A stretch of 29,519 nt of DNA, from NCBI GenBank assembly GCA_035605775.1, contig DATNGU010000091.1, positions 1-29,519 on the forward strand, in the 5' to 3' direction. A program made the position numbers and the translations under genes. The DNA is from Solirubrobacterales bacterium (GTDB taxonomy: Bacteria > Actinomycetota > Thermoleophilia > Solirubrobacterales > 70-9). Under the pieces are notes generated by a model. That model did not search any database. It was not told where the DNA came from and saw nothing but the letters and a program-made list of their open reading frames with translations. Below, piece after piece: positions 24,591 to 29,519 of the stretch (position 1 is the stretch's first letter; each line of letters starts with the position of its first letter).

Positions 24591-25614
24591 CAAAGCGATC
24601 CTCGCCGAGCGCCTGACGGCGCAGGCACTCTCCGGTCCGCCCCTGAGCGACCCCGTCGCGGTCGCTGAGCGCCTGCTCGCCGTGCAGGGGCAGGATCCAC
24701 GCGGTTTCCGGCTGGCGGTCCGCGTCCGCACCGAGGGCCTGACCGCGGCCGTCGTCGAGCGGGCACTCGAGGAGCGCGCGCTGCTCGTCACCTGGCTCAA
24801 CCGTGGCACCCTGCACCTGGTCCGCAGCGAGGACTACCCGTGGCTGCAGGCGCTGACCACGCCGCCCCTGCTCACCTCCAGCACCCGCCGCCTGAGGCAG
24901 GAGGGCGTGAGCGAGGCGAAGGCCGAGCGGGCGATGGCGGCGATCGAACGCGCCCTCGCCGGCGAGGGGCCGCTGACGCGGGCCCAGCTGCGTGAGAGGG
25001 TCGACGCCGCCGGGGTGCGAACCGAGGGCCAGGCGATGCTCCACCTGCTCTTCCTCGCCGCCCTGCGCGGGATTGTGGTGCGGGGGCCGATGGTCGGCAA
25101 GCAGCATGCCTACGTCCTGGTGCGCGATTGGCTCGGCTTGCAGCAAGCGGTGGACCGCGAGATGGCTCTGGCCGAGCTGGCCCGGCGCTACCTGGTCGGC
25201 CACCAGCCCGCGAGCGATCGCGACCTCGCCAAGTGGGCCGGGCTGCCGTTGCGCGACGCCCGCGCCGGCCTGAAGGCGATCGGCTCCGAGGTCGAGGTGG
25301 GGGAAGGGGGGCTGGTTCGCCTCGCCAAGCGGGGCGAGCCGCGGGAGCTGCCACCTCCCCGACTGCTTGGCGCCTTCGACCCGGTCCTGCTCGGCTGGAC
25401 CTCGCGCGAGCCAATCCTCGGCGAGCATGAGCCCCGCGTCGTCACCGGTGGCCTCTTCCGGCCTTTCGCCGTGGCCGGGGGCCGCGCGGTCGCCGGTTGG
25501 AAGTGGTCGAAAGAAGAGGTGATGCTCGACCCCTACGACCGCCTTTCCGCCCAGATCGCCGCAGTCCTCGAGTCCGACGCCGGCGATGTCGCCAGGTTCC
25601 TCACGTCGGCTTGA
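24577..25614 (+). CDS. HTH_42 winged-helix protein, AlkZ/YcaQ DNA glycosylase family (AlkZ-like)
   Basis: LLAVQGQDP (QxQ motif), WLNRGTLHLV, LARRYLVGHQPASDRDLAKWAGL, RLLGAFDPVLLG. The TTG start overlapping the FKBP end is uncertain. Confidence 0.8.
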   Translation: MKSNSKAILAERLTAQALSGPPLSDPVAVAERLLAVQGQDPRGFRLAVRVRTEGLTAAVVERALEERALLVTWLNRGTLHLVRSEDYPWLQALTTPPLLTSSTRRLRQEGVSEAKAERAMAAIERALAGEGPLTRAQLRERVDAAGVRTEGQAMLHLLFLAALRGIVVRGPMVGKQHAYVLVRDWLGLQQAVDREMALAELARRYLVGHQPASDRDLAKWAGLPLRDARAGLKAIGSEVEVGEGGLVRLAKRGEPRELPPPRLLGAFDPVLLGWTSREPILGEHEPRVVTGGLFRPFAVAGGRAVAGWKWSKEEVMLDPYDRLSAQIAAVLESDAGDVARFLTSA

Positions 25615-25618
25615 CGGG

Positions 25619-27010
25619 TTAGCCCAGCTTGGGGCTGCGCCAGGGCTGGGCCAGACGTGACGCCAGGTCGTCCGCCAGGCCCTCGATCGGGACCCGGGCC
25701 TGCTCGAGCGAGTCGCGGTCGCGGAGGGTGACGGTGTCGTCTTCCATCGTCTGGTGGTCGACGGTTATCCCCCAGGGGGTGCCGATCTCGTCCTGGCGGC
25801 GGTAGCGCTTGCCGATCGAGCCGCCCTCGTCGAACTCGGCGGGGATGCGGCGGCGCAGCTGCTCGAAGATCTCACGGGCCTTCTCCGGCATGCCCTCCTT
25901 GGAGACGAGCGGGAGGACCGCGACCTTGACCGGGGCGAGGCGGGGGTGGAGGCGCAGCACCGTGCGCTGGCGGCCCTCGACCTCCTCGACCTCGTAGGCG
26001 TCGACCAGGAAGGCGAGGGTGGCGCGGTCGGCGCCGGCGGCGGGCTCGATCACGTGGGGGACGTAGCGCTCTTTGGTCTGCTGGTCGAAGTACTCGAGCT
26101 TTTCGCCGCTGAACTTGGCGTGCTGGGTGAGATCGAAATCGCCGCGGTTGGCGATTCCCTCGAGCTCCGACCAGCCGATCGGGAAGAGGTACTCGATGTC
26201 GCTGGTCGCCGAGGAGTAGTGCGAGAGCTCGTCGCCGCCATGGGCGCGCACCCGCAGCAGGTCCGGGCGGATGCCGAGGTCGGTGTACCAGCGCTCGCGT
26301 TCCTCCATCCAGAGCTTGTGCCACTTTTCGGCTTCGGCGGGTGGGACAAAGAACTCCATCTCCATCTGCTCGAACTCGCGGGTGCGAAAAATGAAGTTGC
26401 CGGGGGTGATCTCGTTGCGGAAGGACTTGCCGATCTGGGCGATGCCGAAGGGGGGCTTCTTGCGGGCGAAGCCGAGCACGTTCTTGAAGTTGATGAAGAT
26501 GCCCTGCGCGGTCTCCGGTCGCAGGTAGACCTCCGAGCCCTCGCCCGCCACCGGGCCGACGTGGGTCTCGAACATCAGGTTGAACTGGCGCGGCTCGGAG
26601 AGCTCGCCGCCGCACTCCGGGCAACGCAACTCCTTCTCGAGGTCGCCCCCCTCGGCTTCCACCGCCTCGCGCAGGTGGTCCTCACGCCAGCGCTTCTTGC
26701 ACTTGCCGAGGCACTGCACCAGCGGGTCGGTGAAGCCTTCCAAGTGGCCCGACGCCTCCCAGACCCGCGGGTGCTGGAGGATTGCTGAGTCGAGCGCAAC
26801 GATGTCGTCGCGCTCCTGCAGCATCGCCCGCCACCACTCGGCTTTGACGTTGTTCTTCAGCAGCACCCCGTAGTGCCCGTAGTCGTAGGTCGAGCCGAGG
26901 CCGCCGTAGATCTCCGAGGAGGGGAAGACGAAGCCGCGCCGCTTGCAGAGCGCGACGATCTCTTCCATCGAAGTCTCCTCGCTGCGGGTGTCCTGCCCGA
27001 CGCTTGCCAT
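25619..27010 (-). CDS. glyQS: Glycine--tRNA ligase (homodimeric, class IIa)
   Basis: LCKRRGFVFPSSEIYGG, YLRPETAQGIF, IGKSFRNEI, FRTREFEQMEME, ELEGIANRGDFDL, IEPAAGADR, SIGKRYRRQDEIGTP. Confidence 0.96.
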   Translation of the reverse strand: MASVGQDTRSEETSMEEIVALCKRRGFVFPSSEIYGGLGSTYDYGHYGVLLKNNVKAEWWRAMLQERDDIVALDSAILQHPRVWEASGHLEGFTDPLVQCLGKCKKRWREDHLREAVEAEGGDLEKELRCPECGGELSEPRQFNLMFETHVGPVAGEGSEVYLRPETAQGIFINFKNVLGFARKKPPFGIAQIGKSFRNEITPGNFIFRTREFEQMEMEFFVPPAEAEKWHKLWMEERERWYTDLGIRPDLLRVRAHGGDELSHYSSATSDIEYLFPIGWSELEGIANRGDFDLTQHAKFSGEKLEYFDQQTKERYVPHVIEPAAGADRATLAFLVDAYEVEEVEGRQRTVLRLHPRLAPVKVAVLPLVSKEGMPEKAREIFEQLRRRIPAEFDEGGSIGKRYRRQDEIGTPWGITVDHQTMEDDTVTLRDRDSLEQARVPIEGLADDLASRLAQPWRSPKLG

Positions 27011-27047
27011 GGCGGAACCGTACCGGGCTGCGATAATCCGGCATCCC

Positions 27048-27344
27048 GTGCCTATCTACGAGTACAAGTGCACCAACGGCCACGTCTTCGACGTGATCCA
27101 GAGAATGGCCGACGAGCCGCTGACCGAGTGCCAGGAGTGCGGTGCCCCGGCGGAGCGGGTTCTGCACCCCGTCGCGATCCACTTCAAGGGGTCGGGTTTC
27201 CACAACACCGACTACGGCAAGAAGTCCACGGTCTCTGCCAACGGCAGCTCCGACGACGCTTCCAAGAGCTCGAAGGACTCCTCTGACTCGAAGTCCTCGG
27301 GCTCGACCTCGAGCGACTCGAAATCTCCAGCCAAAGCCGAGTAG
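27048..27344 (+). CDS. FmdB-family zinc-ribbon protein with Ser-rich tail
   Basis: GTG start; MPIYEYKCTNGH...CQECG...FKGSGFHNTDY signature. Confidence 0.88.
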   Translation: MPIYEYKCTNGHVFDVIQRMADEPLTECQECGAPAERVLHPVAIHFKGSGFHNTDYGKKSTVSANGSSDDASKSSKDSSDSKSSGSTSSDSKSPAKAE

Positions 27345-27353
27345 ACGGTCAAC

Positions 27354-27483
27354 GGGCGAATGGGGTCGCCTCGCCGATGCCTCGCGAAGCGGCCCCAGCA
27401 GGGTGATTCTTAGCCGCGAAGCGGCACCAGATTCCACCGCCGAAGGCGGTGGCGGGCACTCGGCGAGGCGACCCTATTCGCCC
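27354..27483. repeat. ~130-bp palindromic element (REP/MITE-like) with ~30-bp arms and internal GAA-triloop hairpins
   Basis: GGGCGAATGGGGTCGCCTCGCCGATGCCTCGC pairs with 27452-27483 (one wobble, two bulges). Internal GCCGC-GAA-GCGGC and CCACCGCC-GAA-GGCGGTGG. Confidence 0.7.
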
Positions 27484-28709
27484 AGGAGCTTCTTCACGGC
27501 TCGTCGCCGCTCGCTGTCCGGCACTTCGATCGAGCCGCCGGGGCCGTCAAGGGAGCAACCGGAATTCGCTCCTGCGCAGAGCACGTCGGCCTTGCCGTCG
27601 CCGCCGATCGCCGCCGCGAGAATCAGCTGCGGCATCGTGAAGAAGCCCATGTCGCTGACGAAAGCCTTTGGCGCGTTCCAGCCGATGATCGGGCCCTTGA
27701 CGAAGTTGTAGGGAAGGCGGAGCGGGTCGGTGAGGCGTCCCTTGATCCCGCTGATCACCGCTTGCTGGGCCCGCTCGCGATCGAGGTCGTCGTAGCCGAG
27801 GGAGTAGGCGCTCGACCCGGGTCCGGGGCACGGGCTCGGCTTGCGGATGCGCGAGTAGATCAGCGCCTTTTCGCCGTTCAGCGTGTTCTCGCCCTTGCGG
27901 AGGCGCACGGTGCCGCCGCCCTGCCCGCCGCCCGCCCCGCCTGAGATATCCGCGCAGAGCTTCTGCGGGACGTCGACCTTGACCCCGCCGACCGCGTCGA
28001 TCAGATCTTCGAAGCCGGGGAAGTTGACGATCGCGACATGGTCGATTTCGATCCCGAGAAAGTCCTCGACCGCTTCGATCTCCGCCCCTCCGCCGCCGAA
28101 GGCGTAGGCACCGTTGATCTTCCCCGGGCTCTGGCCAGGGATCTCCGCGTAGCTGTCGCGCGGGATTGAGAGTTTGCGGAAGGCGCCGCCGCCGGCGCGG
28201 ATCAGCATCAGCGTGTCGGCGCGGAATTCGCCGAACGAGCACTCGCCGTGCGGGGCGTCGCCGTGCGCCTGCTGATCGAAGCACTCCTGGGAAGGCGCTG
28301 CGCCTGGATCCTTGCTGTCGGGTGGACGGGCGTCGGTGCCGAGCACCAGGATCGTCTGTGCGCTCGGGAGCAGGAGCGGGTCGCCGTGCAGGGTGGACTT
28401 CGCCTCGCCGGAGAGCTTGAACGCCTGCAGCTGGGCAGAGACCGCGAAGGCGAGAAAGCTGAGCAAGATCCAGCCGAATGCGGCAATGCCGACCCATTTC
28501 AGGGCCTGCCGCATCCAGGGCCGGGACGGCCGGGGCCCGCGCTCCCGCTTTGGCCCCCCGGGCCTCCCCGGCAGTTTCGGGGGGCGCCAATCCCGCTCGC
28601 GCAGACCGGAGAGGTCGGGCTTGCGGAAGCGCGAAAGCAGACCCCGGCGGGCTCGGTAGACCTTGTAATCGGGCGGCCCGGGGGGCCGCTGCTCGCCGTC
28701 GCCAACCAT
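27474..28709 (-). CDS. LCP (LytR-CpsA-Psr) family cell-wall polymer ligase
   Basis: Single N-terminal TM, ILVLGTDAR, RADTLMLI, SIPRDSY, KINGAYAFG, ALIYSRIRK, DLDRERAQQ. Start uncertain (28709-28754). Confidence 0.88.
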   Translation of the reverse strand: MVGDGEQRPPGPPDYKVYRARRGLLSRFRKPDLSGLRERDWRPPKLPGRPGGPKRERGPRPSRPWMRQALKWVGIAAFGWILLSFLAFAVSAQLQAFKLSGEAKSTLHGDPLLLPSAQTILVLGTDARPPDSKDPGAAPSQECFDQQAHGDAPHGECSFGEFRADTLMLIRAGGGAFRKLSIPRDSYAEIPGQSPGKINGAYAFGGGGAEIEAVEDFLGIEIDHVAIVNFPGFEDLIDAVGGVKVDVPQKLCADISGGAGGGQGGGTVRLRKGENTLNGEKALIYSRIRKPSPCPGPGSSAYSLGYDDLDRERAQQAVISGIKGRLTDPLRLPYNFVKGPIIGWNAPKAFVSDMGFFTMPQLILAAAIGGDGKADVLCAGANSGCSLDGPGGSIEVPDSERRRAVKKLLGE

Positions 28710-28757
28710 GAAAGGGTTAGGAATCATGCCGATACCCGCGGTCGCCCGCGACACGAG

Positions 28758-29519
28758 ATGAGCCAGGCCGAAGCGATAGGCGTCGATCTGGGTGGTACGA
28801 AGATGCTGCTAGGCGTCCTCGACGGCGACTCGAAAACCGTCTGGGAGAGCCGCGAGCGTTCCGCCGGCGAGAGCGAGGAGGAGCTGGTCGAGCTGCTTGT
28901 GCGCGAGGTCGAGGAGGCCCGGGCAGAGCACTCGGGCGTCAAGGCGATCGGGATGGGTATCCCGGCCACGATCGACCACGAGAAGGGTCTCGCGGTCGCG
29001 GCGGTCAACCTTCCGATCGAAGATCTGCCGATCCGCGATCTGGTGGTCGAACGAACCGGCTTGCCCACCTTTGTCGACAACGACGCCAACGTCGCGGCCC
29101 TGGCCGAGCATCTCTTCGGCGCCGCCCGCGGAACCCAGAATGCGGTGATGCTAACGATCGGAACGGGGATCGGCGGTGGCCTCATCCTCGGGGGCGAGAT
29201 CTACCGCGGTTCGACCGGCGCCGGCGCCGAGCTGGGTCACATGGCGATTCAGATGGATGGTCCCGGTTGCCAGGGGAATTGCCCCAATCGGGGGTGCGTG
29301 GAGGCGCTCGCCTCCGGCACCGCGCTGGGTCGCGAAGGGCGTGCGGCGGCCGAAAGCAAGCCAGATTCGGCGCTCGGCAAGCTACTCGCCGCAGGGGAGG
29401 ACGTCGACGGCAGGGCTGTCACCGTTGCGGCGCAGGAAGGGGACGAGACCGCGGTTGAGGTCTTCGACCTGATCGGCAGCCGCCTCGGCGTCGCCCTGGC
29501 CAGCTTCGCCAACATCTTC
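28758..29519 (+). CDS. ROK family sugar kinase (glucokinase-like), truncated at the window edge
   Basis: Translated by hand from ATG 28758: IGVDLGGTK, GMGIP, VDNDANVAALAE, LTIGTGIGGGL, GAELGH, CQGNCPNRGCVEALASG. No stop before the window end. Confidence 0.92.
   Translation, partial: MSQAEAIGVDLGGTKMLLGVLDGDSKTVWESRERSAGESEEELVELLVREVEEARAEHSGVKAIGMGIPATIDHEKGLAVAAVNLPIEDLPIRDLVVERTGLPTFVDNDANVAALAEHLFGAARGTQNAVMLTIGTGIGGGLILGGEIYRGSTGAGAELGHMAIQMDGPGCQGNCPNRGCVEALASGTALGREGRAAAESKPDSALGKLLAAGEDVDGRAVTVAAQEGDETAVEVFDLIGSRLGVALASFANIF

Noticed and set aside
27011-27047. T-box leader for glyQS
   Set aside because: Only 37 bp separate glyQS from the divergent FmdB gene, and there is no T-box sequence.

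Overview
High-GC actinobacterial chromosomal window. Gene content and style suggest Thermoleophilia/Solirubrobacterales, which is an inference. It carries TCA genes (sdhA, sdhB truncated at the left edge, icd, mdh), an M50-CBS protease, an AidB-like acyl-CoA dehydrogenase, a small basic coiled-coil/AT-hook-like/winged-helix protein, a fatty-acid hydroxylase and hsp20-lon. These are followed by a GT-C glycosyltransferase, a lipid-related block (TetR, MMPL, amidase, R2lox-like-SCP2 fusion, acyl-CoA ligase), a BASS symporter, an FKBP lipoprotein, an AlkZ-like HTH_42 protein, glyQS, an FmdB zinc ribbon, an LCP protein and a ROK kinase truncated at the right edge. No rRNA, tRNA, CRISPR array, transposase or integrase was seen. 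The most unexplained signal is non-coding: a family of 110-135 bp rod-shaped intergenic elements. Two clear copies (2861-2972 and 4147-4260) flank the M50 gene in inverted orientation, and a diverged third copy lies at 9232-9367. Their stems differ in sequence but keep pairing, while two internal boxes are conserved. Other highlights are a probable non-classical (type E) succinate dehydrogenase, a candidate nucleoid-associated protein, the R2lox-SCP2 fusion and widespread leaderless-type TANNNT promoters.
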